From NCBI GenBank assembly GCA_039794085.1, contig JBDIWC010000016.1, positions 12,375 through 76,374 on the forward strand: a stretch of 64,000 nucleotides of DNA, given 5' to 3'. Shown one piece after another: positions 53,522-63,296 of this stretch. Each line of letters starts with the position of its first letter. Positions within the stretch are counted from its first letter, which is position 1. The DNA comes from Gemmatimonadales bacterium (GTDB taxonomy: Bacteria; Gemmatimonadota; Gemmatimonadetes; Gemmatimonadales; GWC2-71-9). The position numbers and the translations under genes are program-made. The notes under the pieces are model-generated. The model had not been told where the DNA came from and made no database searches. It was given only the letters and a program-made list of their open reading frames with translations.

Positions 53522-54311
53522 GATTCACCACCGCGCGCATCACCTCCACCGGGGGGTCCACACCGGGGAACCAGTGGCGAAAGGCAGCGGCACCCTGCGC
53601 CACGAGCACGGCCCGCCCATCCGACACCGGCACGGACCGGGCGGCGAGGGCGCGTGTCCAGGGGGTGCCGGCCGGTCCGTAGACCAGATCGAGGGCCACC
53701 GCTCCCGCCGGAACGAGATCAGGATCCAGAGGCAGAGGGTCCTCGGGCCCGAGGCCGAGGGGCGTGGTGTTCACCACCACCCGGCACGTGTCCCGTGATG
53801 CCGGCGGGACGCCCAGCGCCGCGGCATCGGACAACAACTGCCGGGCACGCGCCGGGTCCCTCGAGGAGACCGCAATGCGGGCTCCGGCCCGGCGGGCCAC
53901 CTCGATCACCGCGCGAGCGCTCCCTCCGGTGCCGAGGATCCACCAGTCACCGGACACAACCTCGAGCTGCGCGAGCGCACACCGGATCCCTTCCACATCG
54001 GTGTTGGTGCCGACGAGCTCCCCGCTCTCGTCGCCCCAGAAGGTGTTGCAGGCCGGCACGAGAGACTCGAGAGGTCGATCGAGCGCCTCGACCGCGGTCT
54101 GTTTGTGGGGTATGGTGACGTTTCCACCTCCCCCTCCCCGCGCGATGGCCCGCATCACCACCGCGACATCGTGGCTTCGGCAGGGCAATCCCACGTATGT
54201 TGCATCGAGTCCCATCGCCTGGAACGCCGCCGAATGCATGGCGGGAGACAAGGAATGCGCCACCGGATCGCCGAGAAGCACAAAGAGCCGGGTCCGACCC
54301 GTCGTTCTCAT
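53508..54311 (-). CDS. aroE: Shikimate dehydrogenase
   Basis: GDPVAHSLSPAMH, NVTIPHK, NTDVEG, LGTGGSAR, NTTPLG, DLVY. Confidence 0.93.
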   Translation of the reverse strand: MRTTGRTRLFVLLGDPVAHSLSPAMHSAAFQAMGLDATYVGLPCRSHDVAVVMRAIARGGGGGNVTIPHKQTAVEALDRPLESLVPACNTFWGDESGELVGTNTDVEGIRCALAQLEVVSGDWWILGTGGSARAVIEVARRAGARIAVSSRDPARARQLLSDAAALGVPPASRDTCRVVVNTTPLGLGPEDPLPLDPDLVPAGAVALDLVYGPAGTPWTRALAARSVPVSDGRAVLVAQGAAAFRHWFPGVDPPVEVMRAVVNRVLG

Positions 54312-54796
54312 CGTGCCTTCCCCACCGTATCGTCGGTGGAGTCGGCCGCGATCCGGTCGGCCACCCGGGCCACCAGCGGTTCCAGACGGTCGAGCAGGTT
54401 CCGGTAGGCGGAGATGTCGCCGCCGAACGGATCGGGGATCTCCTCCGCGGCGCCTCCGGCAAAGCTGCTGAGGAGATGCGCCGGGACCTCCGGATCGAGG
54501 GCCTGGGCCCCCCGCACATGCCTGGGTGTCATCCCGAGAACCAGCGTCGTTCCGGCCAGGAGAGTGTCAGTGAGGGGGGCGGCCCGATGGCCCGACAGGT
54601 CGATCCCCCGCTCCAGTCCCACGAGGTACGAACCTTCGCTCGCCGGCGACCCCTCCAGGGCATCGGTTCCGGCCGAGCCGACCGTGACCCCGTCAATGCC
54701 CCGCTCCGCGAGGATGCGGGCCAGGAGCCCCGCCGCCAGGGGGGACCGGCACGTGTTCCCGGTACAGACAAACAGGACGCGCAGGGGGCGAGTCAT
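54308..54796 (-). CDS. Low-molecular-weight protein phosphatase, YwlE-like
   Basis: LFVCTGNTCRSP P-loop and IPDPFGG; ATG overlaps the tsaC stop. Confidence 0.88.
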   Translation of the reverse strand: MTRPLRVLFVCTGNTCRSPLAAGLLARILAERGIDGVTVGSAGTDALEGSPASEGSYLVGLERGIDLSGHRAAPLTDTLLAGTTLVLGMTPRHVRGAQALDPEVPAHLLSSFAGGAAEEIPDPFGGDISAYRNLLDRLEPLVARVADRIAADSTDDTVGKAR

Positions 54797-55443
54797 GGCG
54801 CCAGACGTCCCACCGCACGGCGGAGTTCGCCCCGGGGCAGCGCGCCCTCCCGGACCAGCCGGGGGACCACGGTGGTGCAATCCACCAGCGTGGAGGGCGG
54901 CACATTGCCCAGGACTCCTCCGTCGAGGACCAGCAGGTCACCGGAACGGACTGCGTCGGGGAAGAGCTCCTCCACGTGGGCCGCTCCGGGAGCCGTCGGC
55001 CCCCCGGGGCGGTTGGCGGAGGTGGATGTGAGCGGTTGTCCGAGAGCCTCGATCAACTCGGCCATGCCAGGCTGGGAGGTGTGACGGACCGCGATGCCCC
55101 CTTCCTGCCCACGGAGCGAATCGGGGAGACGACCCTCGGCACCGGCCAACACCAGGGTGAGGGGCCCCGGCCAGAAGGCCTGGCTCAGCAGGTTGGCGGA
55201 GGGGGTGAAGACCAGTCCGTGGCGCTCCGCCATCGCCCGGCTCGAGACGAGGAGGAGAAATGGCTTGCCCTCGGGACGCCCCTTCATCGCCGCCAAGCGG
55301 GAGAGGGCGCCTTCCTCCGCCAGGGACCCGATTCCGTATACCGTTTCGGTCGGATAGCCGAGCAGCCCGCCGGAGCGGAGGTGGTGAATCACCACGGGAA
55401 TAGCCTCCCGGATCTCCGTACCGGTCTGGAAGGGGATCATCAT
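54793..55443 (-). CDS. tsaC: L-threonylcarbamoyladenylate synthase (YrdC domain only)
   Basis: YPTETVYGI, KGRP, FWPGPLTLV, TSTSAN, PSTLVD. Confidence 0.93.
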   Translation of the reverse strand: MMIPFQTGTEIREAIPVVIHHLRSGGLLGYPTETVYGIGSLAEEGALSRLAAMKGRPEGKPFLLLVSSRAMAERHGLVFTPSANLLSQAFWPGPLTLVLAGAEGRLPDSLRGQEGGIAVRHTSQPGMAELIEALGQPLTSTSANRPGGPTAPGAAHVEELFPDAVRSGDLLVLDGGVLGNVPPSTLVDCTTVVPRLVREGALPRGELRRAVGRLAP

Positions 55444-56156
55444 GGGGGACTCAGGGCGGCGATGGCTTCGGCGAGGAGGAAATCGCCGGGGAACGTCACC
55501 TTGATGTTCGTGGGGTCCTCCGCAACGAGCTGAACCGGCACGCCAAGCGCCTCCACCAGCATGGCGTCGTCCGTCGCTGCGGAGAGCATCTCCGTGGCCG
55601 CCTGCGCGTGCGCCCGCTCCAGCAGGGCACGCGGAAACGCCTGGGGGGTGGCGGCTCGCCAGAGCGTCTCCCGGGGAATCGTGTGCGAGACAACGACTCC
55701 GACACCCGCGGGGCCCGGAGAGCCCGCCTTGATGGTATCGGTCACCGGAATCGCGGCGATCGCCGACTGCCCCTCCCGGGCTGCGGACACCACGGCCTCG
55801 ATGGCCCTCCGGCTCGGAAAGGGTCGGACGCCGTCATGCACCACCACCGTGTGGCAGTCCGGAGGCAGTGCAGCGAGCGCCGCCCGAACACTGTCTGCCC
55901 GCGTCGCTCCACCGGCGATGATCAGGAGTCGTTCCCCCTCCACCGCCCGGACCCAGGCCTGAGGATCGACGACCTCGTCGGGGGGGAGGGTGATCACCAC
56001 CGCACCGAGCGCTTGATGCCAGGCGAAGGCTCGCAGGCTGCGGAGGAGCAAGGGGACCCCGGCGACATCACGGAACTGCTTCGGGGTTCCCCCTCCCGCG
56101 CGGAGCCCGGCACCGGCCCCGAGCAGCACCAGCCCGACGTCACGCGGCAATGACAT
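55440..56156 (-). CDS. ispD: 2-C-methyl-D-erythritol 4-phosphate cytidylyltransferase
   Basis: GAGAGLR...PKQF, GGATRADSV, VHDGVRP, TPQAF, TDDA, NIKVT. Confidence 0.9.
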   Translation of the reverse strand: MSLPRDVGLVLLGAGAGLRAGGGTPKQFRDVAGVPLLLRSLRAFAWHQALGAVVITLPPDEVVDPQAWVRAVEGERLLIIAGGATRADSVRAALAALPPDCHTVVVHDGVRPFPSRRAIEAVVSAAREGQSAIAAIPVTDTIKAGSPGPAGVGVVVSHTIPRETLWRAATPQAFPRALLERAHAQAATEMLSAATDDAMLVEALGVPVQLVAEDPTNIKVTFPGDFLLAEAIAALSPP

Positions 56157-57510
56157 GGGCCAACTCCTCGACATGTTCCAAGGGAATGTGCCGGATTCCG
56201 GGCACCGACAAGGTCATTCGCGCCGGAGCAACGGCCCGGCGGAACCCGAGTCGCTCGGCCTCTGCCAGCCGCCGGTCGCCCCCGCCAACCGGCCGAATCT
56301 CCCCGCCGAGGCCCACTTCCCCCAAGAAGAGGAGGTCGGAGGGTATGGGAACATTGGTTCCACTCGAGAGGAGTGCCGCCGCCACCGCGAGGTCGGCCGC
56401 AGGCTCGGTCAGGCGCACCCCGGCCGTGACCTGGACGAACACATCGAGGGATCGGAAATCCGCCCCTCCGCGCCTCTCCAGGACCGCCAGGAGCACCGCC
56501 AGGCGCTTGGGGTCGAGACCGGTCGCGACCCTCTGGGAGGTGCCGTACCCACTCGGCGAGGCGAGAGCCTGCACCTCCACCAGCACGGGGCGGGTCCCTT
56601 CCATCAAGGCCGTCACGGCGCTTCCACTGGTGGAGGACGTCCGCGCGGCGAGAAAGAGGGCAGACGGATTGGGAACCGGAACCAGCCCGCGTCCCGTCAT
56701 CGAGAATACTCCGAGTTCATCCACCGACCCGAAGCGGTTCTTGGTGGCACGCAGGAGGCGATAATCGAGCGACGGCTCGCCCTCGAAGTAGAGGACCGTG
56801 TCCACGATGTGCTCCAAGGTCCGGGGGCCGGCGATTCCTCCATCCTTGGTCACGTGTCCCACCACGATCACCGCCGTGCCCGTTTCCTTCGCGCATCGCA
56901 TGAGACGCGCCGCGCATTCCCTTACCTGGCCGACACTTCCGGGAGCGCTGTCCAAGGCCTCCGTGTACACGGTCTGGATCGAATCCAGGACGAGAAGATC
57001 GGTCTTGGTTTCGGCCGTGGCGGCCACAATGGCCTCGAGCCCGGTGGCCCCGGCCACGAGGACCCCCCCGGCGTCTTCCTCCAGCCGGTCGGCCCGCATC
57101 CGGATCTGCTCCGGAGACTCCTCGCCGCTGGTGTAGAGGACCCGGCGACCCGAGCCCACCAGGCGGGCCGCCACCTGGAGCAGGAGAGTCGATTTGCCAA
57201 TGCCCGGTTCACCCCCGATCAGGGTGATTGATCCGGGAACGACGCCACCCCCAAGGACATGATCGAGTTCCCGCAGGCCGGTGGGCCACCGCACCAGGCG
57301 CTGTCCGGTCACTTCCCCGAGGGGCTGTACCTCCGCCGACGGGGTGCCCCGGCCCCCCGCCCCCCGGCGGCCCCGGCCCGGTGGCGGCCGAGTCCCCGCT
57401 TCCTCGGCAATGGTGTTCCAGGCGTGACACGCCTCACACCGACCGGCCCAGCGCGGGTGAGCGTGGCCGCATTCAGTGCACCGGAAGCTCGACGAACCGT
57501 GCCGCGCCAT
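56140..57510 (-). CDS. radA: DNA repair protein RadA/Sms
   Basis: CTECG...CEAC zinc finger, GGEPGIGKSTLLLQ, KNRFG, GEVGLGGEIR. Confidence 0.97.
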   Translation of the reverse strand: MARHGSSSFRCTECGHAHPRWAGRCEACHAWNTIAEEAGTRPPPGRGRRGAGGRGTPSAEVQPLGEVTGQRLVRWPTGLRELDHVLGGGVVPGSITLIGGEPGIGKSTLLLQVAARLVGSGRRVLYTSGEESPEQIRMRADRLEEDAGGVLVAGATGLEAIVAATAETKTDLLVLDSIQTVYTEALDSAPGSVGQVRECAARLMRCAKETGTAVIVVGHVTKDGGIAGPRTLEHIVDTVLYFEGEPSLDYRLLRATKNRFGSVDELGVFSMTGRGLVPVPNPSALFLAARTSSTSGSAVTALMEGTRPVLVEVQALASPSGYGTSQRVATGLDPKRLAVLLAVLERRGGADFRSLDVFVQVTAGVRLTEPAADLAVAAALLSSGTNVPIPSDLLFLGEVGLGGEIRPVGGGDRRLAEAERLGFRRAVAPARMTLSVPGIRHIPLEHVEELAHVIAA

Positions 57511-57513
57511 CGC

Positions 57514-58890
57514 CTATTCCGGATCGCTGCGAGGAGAAAAGTCCTGGAAGAGCGTGAACTCCCGGTGGAAGTGAAGGGTCACCTCGCCCGTGGGACCGTT
57601 CCGGTTCTTCGACAACATGATCTCGGCCACACCGCGCTTCGATTCATCCTCGCGGTCATAGTACTCGGGACGGTGGATGAACATGACGAGATCGGCGTCC
57701 TGTTCGATCGCGCCCGAGTCCCGCAGGTCCGAGAGAATCGGGCGCCGTTCCCCGCCCCGTTGCTCCGAGGCCCGGGACAGCTGCGAGAGCGCGATGACCG
57801 GGACGGCCAGTTCCCGGGCCAGCCCCTTCAGGGAGCGGCTGATGTCGCTGATTTCCTGCACCCGGTTGTCGGAGTACTCGGGGCTCCGCATCAGCTGCAG
57901 GTAGTCCACGATGATCAGGCGGACGTCGTTGTCCGCCCGGAGCCGGCGGGCCTTGGATCGCATCTCGAGCAGGGCCAGAGCGGGAGTGTCGTCGATCCAG
58001 AGCGGGCAGCTCTGGAGAATCCCGGCGGCGCGGGCCAACTGGGTGAAGTCGGCGTCCCGCAGGGATCCGGTCCGCACCCGCTGGGCATCCACCTGCGCCT
58101 CGGCGGTCAACATGCGCTGCACCAGTGCCTCCTTGGACATTTCCAGCGAAAAAACCGCCACCCCATATCCCTCGATCGCGGCATGCGCGGCCAGATTCAG
58201 ACAGAAAGCCGTCTTGCCCATCGACGGGCGGGCCGCCACGATGATCAGTTCCGACTCCTGGAACCCGCTGGTCAACCGATCCAAATCTCGGAAACCACTC
58301 GGAACTCCGGTAATCGATTTCCCGCTCTTGTGGAGCGTTTCTATGCGCTCCATCGTGGGCCAGAGCATCTCCTTGATCCGGGTGAAGCCGGCATCCCGTC
58401 GCTCCTGGGAGATGGTGAAGATCCTCCCTTCGGCCACATCCAGGAGATCGGAGGCGGTGGAGCGCCCTTCGTAGGCCTCGGTGATGATCGTGGTGGACGC
58501 CTCGATCAGTCGGCGGAGGATGCTCCGGTCCCGGATGATCTTGGCGTGGAACTCGAGGTTGGCCGCGGTGGCCGTGGCCTCCAGCAACTCGGCGATGTAC
58601 TCGATGCCGCCGGCCGCCTCGAGATCCCCCCGGCGGGTGAGTTCATCGCGGAGGGTCACATGGTCGATGACGGTCCGTTGTTCGGACAGGGAGGCCATGG
58701 CCCGGAAGAGGCGGCGGTGCGCCTCCCTGTAGAACATGGTGTAGTCGAGGAGTTCGACGGCCCGAAGGGCCGCATCCTGGTCGAGGAGCATGGCCCCGAG
58801 CACCGCCTGCTCCGCCTCCAGGCTCCAGGGGGCGGCCCGGCCGATCTGCGGTTCAGCCGTCGAGGAGCTGTCGGGCAATCCGTACGTCAT
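57514..58890 (-). CDS. dnaB: Replicative DNA helicase
   Basis: EAEQAVLG, AARPSMGKT, FSLEM, IVDYLQLM, LSQLSR, DLRDSGAIEQDAD, KNRNGP. Confidence 0.98.
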   Translation of the reverse strand: MTYGLPDSSSTAEPQIGRAAPWSLEAEQAVLGAMLLDQDAALRAVELLDYTMFYREAHRRLFRAMASLSEQRTVIDHVTLRDELTRRGDLEAAGGIEYIAELLEATATAANLEFHAKIIRDRSILRRLIEASTTIITEAYEGRSTASDLLDVAEGRIFTISQERRDAGFTRIKEMLWPTMERIETLHKSGKSITGVPSGFRDLDRLTSGFQESELIIVAARPSMGKTAFCLNLAAHAAIEGYGVAVFSLEMSKEALVQRMLTAEAQVDAQRVRTGSLRDADFTQLARAAGILQSCPLWIDDTPALALLEMRSKARRLRADNDVRLIIVDYLQLMRSPEYSDNRVQEISDISRSLKGLARELAVPVIALSQLSRASEQRGGERRPILSDLRDSGAIEQDADLVMFIHRPEYYDREDESKRGVAEIMLSKNRNGPTGEVTLHFHREFTLFQDFSPRSDPE

Positions 58891-59695
58891 CCCAGGTCGG
58901 TTTCTTCCACTGCGGGTTGCGAAGGAGTGCTGCGGGGTGATAGGTCACGATGAGTGGAATCCCGTCGTATCGATGCACCGCCCCGCGGAGCTGTCCCAGG
59001 CTGCCGCGGACGTCGAGCAGCGCCTCGGCCGCTGTTCCTCCCAGCGCCAGGAGGACACGGGGCTTCACCAGAGTAATCTGGCGGTGGAGATAGGGGAAAC
59101 AGGCGGCCATTTCGTCGGGCAGCGGTTTGCGATTCTTCGGGGGCCGGCATTTGACCACATTGGCGATGAACACCTCCTCCCGGGTGAGCCCGATGGCGCC
59201 CAGGATCCCGGTCAAGAGTTCACCGGCCCGCCCGACGAAGGGGCGCCCCGTTTCATCTTCGGTCGCACCCGGTCCTTCCCCCACCAGCATCAGCCGAGCC
59301 GTCGGATTCCCCTCGCCGGGGACCGCGTTGGCCCTTTCGCGGCACAGGGGGCACGCGTCGCACTGGCGAACCGCATCGGCGAGCGCCCCGAGGTCAGGGA
59401 AAATCGCCCGGGCCGAAGATGCCAGACCGGGTGCAGGGGTCACGGTTCGTCCGGGTCCGGGGATGGCGGGGGCGTCGACCCGCCATTTGTCGCCGGGAGA
59501 CCCCGAACGGGTGGACCCGGCCGGTGTCGACGGGGACCCGGGAGCGGGCGCGGCCCCCTGGGCCCGTGTCGTCTGCCGAGGCCGGGGTGTCGTTGGGGCG
59601 GCCGCGGCCAGATCGATTCCGGCCGGGAGGATCACGTCCGCCCCCCCCATCTCCATCTGCTGTTGGAGATAGCGTCGCCGCAGGTCATCGGGCAA
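58853..59695 (-). CDS. Uracil-DNA glycosylase family 4 with an N-terminal low-complexity linker
   Basis: CDACPL, VGEGPGATEDETGRPFVG, NVVKCRPP, TYHPAALLR; TTG start after GGAGGG (start uncertain). Confidence 0.92.
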   Translation of the reverse strand: MPDDLRRRYLQQQMEMGGADVILPAGIDLAAAAPTTPRPRQTTRAQGAAPAPGSPSTPAGSTRSGSPGDKWRVDAPAIPGPGRTVTPAPGLASSARAIFPDLGALADAVRQCDACPLCRERANAVPGEGNPTARLMLVGEGPGATEDETGRPFVGRAGELLTGILGAIGLTREEVFIANVVKCRPPKNRKPLPDEMAACFPYLHRQITLVKPRVLLALGGTAAEALLDVRGSLGQLRGAVHRYDGIPLIVTYHPAALLRNPQWKKPTWDDVRIARQLLDG

Positions 59696-60884
59696 GGCGA
59701 CCCTCCACTGTGGCGAGGATGGCGTGGGCAACCTCACTCTTGCTGGCCAGCGGCACTTCGGTGACCCGCCCGGTCCGATCCACCAGGGTCACCCGGTTGG
59801 TTTCCACGTCGAACCCGGCCCCCGGTTCCAGAGCATCGTTGATGACGATGATGTCGAGATCCTTCCGCTCCAGCTTGGCGCGTCCCTTGCTCACAGCGTC
59901 TCCCGTCTCCAGAGCAAACCCCACGATGACCGCCCCGGGCTTCCGTGCCTCCCGGGTGGAGAGAAGAATGTCCTCCGTCGGCTCGAAGTCGACCCGCAGG
60001 GTGCCCTCGCTCCGGGGCCGCTTCCGGTCGGCGGATCGGGCGGGCCGGTAATCCGCGGGTGCCGCGGCCATGATCAGAACGTCGGCCGAGGGGAGCGCCG
60101 AGGCCACGGCGGCCTGGAGGTCTGCCGTGGTCGTGATCCTTTCGAGCGTGACACCGGTGGGAGCCGGCTCCGCCGAGGGCCCCGTGATCAGGTGGACATC
60201 CGCCCCGCGCTGCCAGGCGGCCTCGGCGAGCCGGAAGCCCATCTTGCCGCTGGACCGGTTGGTGACGACACGGACCGGGTCGAGGGCCTCACGCGTGGCT
60301 CCCGCCGTGACAACCACTCGGAGGCCGGAGAGGGGGCCGGCGCCGTGAAGGAGACGGGCCGCGTGATCGAGGATGGTCCCGGGTTCGCTCATTCGCCCTG
60401 GCCGGTCCGAGGGCCCCTCGGCGAGAGGTCCCACCTCGGGGCCGACCAGGTGCACCCCATGGGCCCGCAGGGTGGCGAGGTTGACCTGAGTGGGCGGGGC
60501 GGCATACATCGCATCGTTCATGGCGGGGGCGACCAGGAGTGGTGCCGTTCGTGCGAGGAGGAGCGAGGTCAGCAGATCATCGGCCTGGCCGTGCGCCAGC
60601 CGGGCAATCAGGTGGGCGGTGGCGGGGGCCACGACGATCAGGTCGGCGTCCTGCCCCAGCCGCACATGCGAGAGTGCCGCGTCCGGGGCCCAGAGGTCGG
60701 TCAGGACCGGTCGACCACTCAACGCCTCGAAGGTCAAGGGACGCACGAATTCCATGGCACCGTGCGTCAGGATGACGTCCACCCGGGCCCCCGCCTCCAC
60801 CAGGCGCCGGAGCAGAGTGCAGCTCTTGTACGCGGCGATGCCTCCCGTCACGCCCAGGACGACGTGCCGGTTGGCGAACGACAT
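59685..60884 (-). CDS. coaBC: Bifunctional phosphopantothenoylcysteine decarboxylase/synthetase
   Basis: GVTGGIAAYK, APAMN, TAGATREALDPVR...NRSSGKMG, VGFALET. Confidence 0.96.
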   Translation of the reverse strand: MSFANRHVVLGVTGGIAAYKSCTLLRRLVEAGARVDVILTHGAMEFVRPLTFEALSGRPVLTDLWAPDAALSHVRLGQDADLIVVAPATAHLIARLAHGQADDLLTSLLLARTAPLLVAPAMNDAMYAAPPTQVNLATLRAHGVHLVGPEVGPLAEGPSDRPGRMSEPGTILDHAARLLHGAGPLSGLRVVVTAGATREALDPVRVVTNRSSGKMGFRLAEAAWQRGADVHLITGPSAEPAPTGVTLERITTTADLQAAVASALPSADVLIMAAAPADYRPARSADRKRPRSEGTLRVDFEPTEDILLSTREARKPGAVIVGFALETGDAVSKGRAKLERKDLDIIVINDALEPGAGFDVETNRVTLVDRTGRVTEVPLASKSEVAHAILATVEGRLAR

Positions 60885-61111
60885 CAGGCCCCGGCGCGCC
60901 GACGCCGCAGTTCCCGGAAGTTGAGCGCGCCGGTCGTGAGCTTCTGGAGGGCCAGGGTGGTGAGCTTCTTCGGACGATCCTCCCCCTCGACCTGGAGCAG
61001 GCGATCGCGGGGAAGCTCGTTGACCTGCCGGGCAAAGCGAGCCGCCACCAGAATGCTCCGATACTTGGTCCCGGCGTACCGGGCCGTTTCCATCGGTGTG
61101 AAGATCTCCAT
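60884..61111 (-). CDS. rpoZ: RNA polymerase omega subunit
   Basis: KYRSILVAARFARQVN...KLTTLAL; canonical gmk-rpoZ-coaBC position. Confidence 0.85.
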   Translation of the reverse strand: MEIFTPMETARYAGTKYRSILVAARFARQVNELPRDRLLQVEGEDRPKKLTTLALQKLTTGALNFRELRRRRAGA

Positions 61112-61776
61112 TATGCGTTCTCCCGGACGGTTGGTTCCGTCGCTTCAGTAAGAGCCACCGTCCCGAGATCGGTACGGAGCTTTTTCACAAAGGCCTCGAG
61201 GCCGGCCCGGCGGCTGACCCTGGTGCCCTCCGCATCCAGAATGGCGGCCACCCGGTCCACCGCGTGAACCAGGTCGTCATTCAGGACGACATAGTCGTAC
61301 TGGGCCACATGGGACAGCTCTTCCTTCGCGTGTGCGATCCGCTGTGCCACGGCGTCCTCCGAATCGGTCTTCCGTCCGGTCAGTCGTTCGACCATGGTCC
61401 GCGCGTCGGGAGGGACCAGGAAGACGTGAATCGAATTGGGCATCCGCTCTCTCACCTGGGCCGCACCCGCCACCTCGATGTCGAGGACCACGTTCTTCCC
61501 CGACGCCAGACAGGACTCCACCTCGGATCGAAGGGTACCGTACCGGTGGCCCCCGTAGGTGGCCCACTCGAGAAACGCCCCCGCGTCCACCTGCGCCTGG
61601 AACTGCGCCGGCGTCAGGAAGTGATACTCCACCCCGTCCTGTTCGCCGGACCGCGGGGCCCGCGTCGTGGCGCTGACCGAGTAGGCCAGGTCATCCCGGG
61701 CCGCCAGAAGGTGCCGGGCAATGGTCGACTTTCCCACCCCGGAGGGAGAGGAGAGGACCAGGAGGAAGGGCGTCAC
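61111..61776 (-). CDS. gmk: Guanylate kinase
   Basis: SPSGVGKST, SATTRAPRSGEQDGVEYHF, YGT, YDYVVLND. Confidence 0.97.
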   Translation of the reverse strand: MTPFLLVLSSPSGVGKSTIARHLLAARDDLAYSVSATTRAPRSGEQDGVEYHFLTPAQFQAQVDAGAFLEWATYGGHRYGTLRSEVESCLASGKNVVLDIEVAGAAQVRERMPNSIHVFLVPPDARTMVERLTGRKTDSEDAVAQRIAHAKEELSHVAQYDYVVLNDDLVHAVDRVAAILDAEGTRVSRRAGLEAFVKKLRTDLGTVALTEATEPTVRENA

Positions 61777-62654
61777 TCCAAGTTGTCGAGTTGCTCGCGA
61801 AATTTCTCGAGTTCTCCCTTCATGGTCACGACCAGTCTTGCCATGGCGGCGTCGTTGGCCTTCGATCCCACGGTATTGACTTCCCGCCCCATCTCCTGGG
61901 CCAGAAATCCCAGCTCCTTCCCGATCGGACGATCGGCCCCGAGGAGCTCCCGGACGGCGGCAAAGTGAGTCTCCAGCCGGACCAGTTCCTCGGAGATGTC
62001 GAGCCGATCGGCCAGCAAGGCAACCTCCATCGCGATCCGATCCTCGGGAGCGGGACGGCCGTCGAGCAGTTGGGCGACGGACGCCTTCAGGCGATCCCGC
62101 TCCCGGACGAGGCGTTCCGGAGCCAGATCCCGAATGGCCGCTGCCGCTCGGGCCAGTTCCGTCACCCGCCCGACCAGGTCGTCGGCGAGGGCCTTCCCTT
62201 CCCGGGCTCGCGCGGCGCGGCAGGCCGCCGAGGCCGCGTCCACCACCGTTGCGACGGCGTCCCAGGACGGGGCCTGTCCGGTTTCCTCCTCCGGCGTCCG
62301 AAACACATCGGGCTGCCGGGCCAGGAGCTCGAGCGGAATGTCGCCGCTCTGGCCGACAGCCATCTGCAGCTCCCGGAGCCGTGCCATCGCCTCCCGGGCC
62401 CGCTCCACGTCGAGCAGGAGGGGGGGCGATTGCCCGGGAGGTCGATCAATCCAGCGACACTGCACCGTCACGGATCCGCGGTCGACCTCCCGGCGCACCC
62501 GTTCCCGAATCGCAGCTTCCCAGACGGCGAGGTCCGACGGGGCGCGTATCGTGGCCGAAAAATGCCGGTGGTTGACCGTCCGGATTTCCACCTGGAGGCG
62601 GCCGCCGTCGACGTCTCCCTCAGCAACCCCGAACCCGGTCATGCTCCGTGGCAC
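61773..62654 (-). CDS. yicC: YicC/YloC family endoribonuclease
   Basis: SMTGFG, EIRTVNHR, DISEELVRL, GKELGFLAQEMGREVNTVGSK, EKFREQ. Confidence 0.94.
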   Translation of the reverse strand: MPRSMTGFGVAEGDVDGGRLQVEIRTVNHRHFSATIRAPSDLAVWEAAIRERVRREVDRGSVTVQCRWIDRPPGQSPPLLLDVERAREAMARLRELQMAVGQSGDIPLELLARQPDVFRTPEEETGQAPSWDAVATVVDAASAACRAARAREGKALADDLVGRVTELARAAAAIRDLAPERLVRERDRLKASVAQLLDGRPAPEDRIAMEVALLADRLDISEELVRLETHFAAVRELLGADRPIGKELGFLAQEMGREVNTVGSKANDAAMARLVVTMKGELEKFREQLDNLE

Positions 62655-62728
62655 AGTTTCCCCCGGTTGAGCAGAGACAAGCCATAAAATCTAGTCGGGG
62701 GACGGGTGGATCGGAAGGCGGCGGCGGC

Positions 62729-62803
62729 TGAGGACCTGGGACCTGGGACATAGAGACTGGGGCCCCTTACTCCCGACCATGTCCCGTGTCCCACTCGTCC
62801 TGC
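62729..62803. repeat. Degenerate inverted pair of heptamer arrays (NNGGGAC / GTCCCNN)
   Basis: TGAGGAC CTGGGAC CTGGGAC ATAGAGAC on the left; GTCCCGT GTCCCAC ... GTCCTGC on the right. Confidence 0.6.
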
Positions 62804-62936
62804 TCGAAGGATATAGCCCCGCCTCATTCCAACGATCAATACCGCTGGTCCCCTGCCGTCCGTATTGTTGTTCTGGTGCCGGGCTTTGGGTGAGTCGGGA
62901 GCAACCCGGCCGGTAATTTTCATCAGGAGGGCGCTC

Positions 62937-63089
62937 ATGTTAGTAACCGTTGCGATCGTACTGTTGGTGCTCTGGCTCCTCGGGTTTGTTGTGGTTCCCA
63001 TCGGCGGGGGGTTGATCCACCTCCTTCTCGTCATCGCCCTCATCGCCTTCATCTGGCATTTCGTGGGAGGTCGCCGTGGCACGCTCTGA
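62937..63089 (+). CDS. Small membrane protein, lmo0937/DUF5670-like
   Basis: AGGAGG RBS; MLVTVAIVLLVLWLLG...GGLIHLLLVIALI...GRR pattern. Confidence 0.85.
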   Translation: MLVTVAIVLLVLWLLGFVVVPIGGGLIHLLLVIALIAFIWHFVGGRRGTL

Positions 63090-63296
63090 ATGGGCTCTGG
63101 GAGCTCGGAGGGGGTTCCCTCCGGGGGCGCCGCTCTCTGCGGGGGGCCAGCTGCACCGGGCGGGCGACGAGGTCGGTTCAAGAGGCCTCGCGACCGACCC
63201 ACCCGCACCAGGGCGGGTGAATGGTCAGGCAGCCGTGGGAGAACCGTCCGAGGGGTCCGCTGAAAGCCCGACACTCATGCACCGAGGATCAATCCG

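Noticed and set aside
57514..58890. Intein in dnaB
   Set aside because: The protein is 458 aa with contiguous helicase motifs and no insertion.
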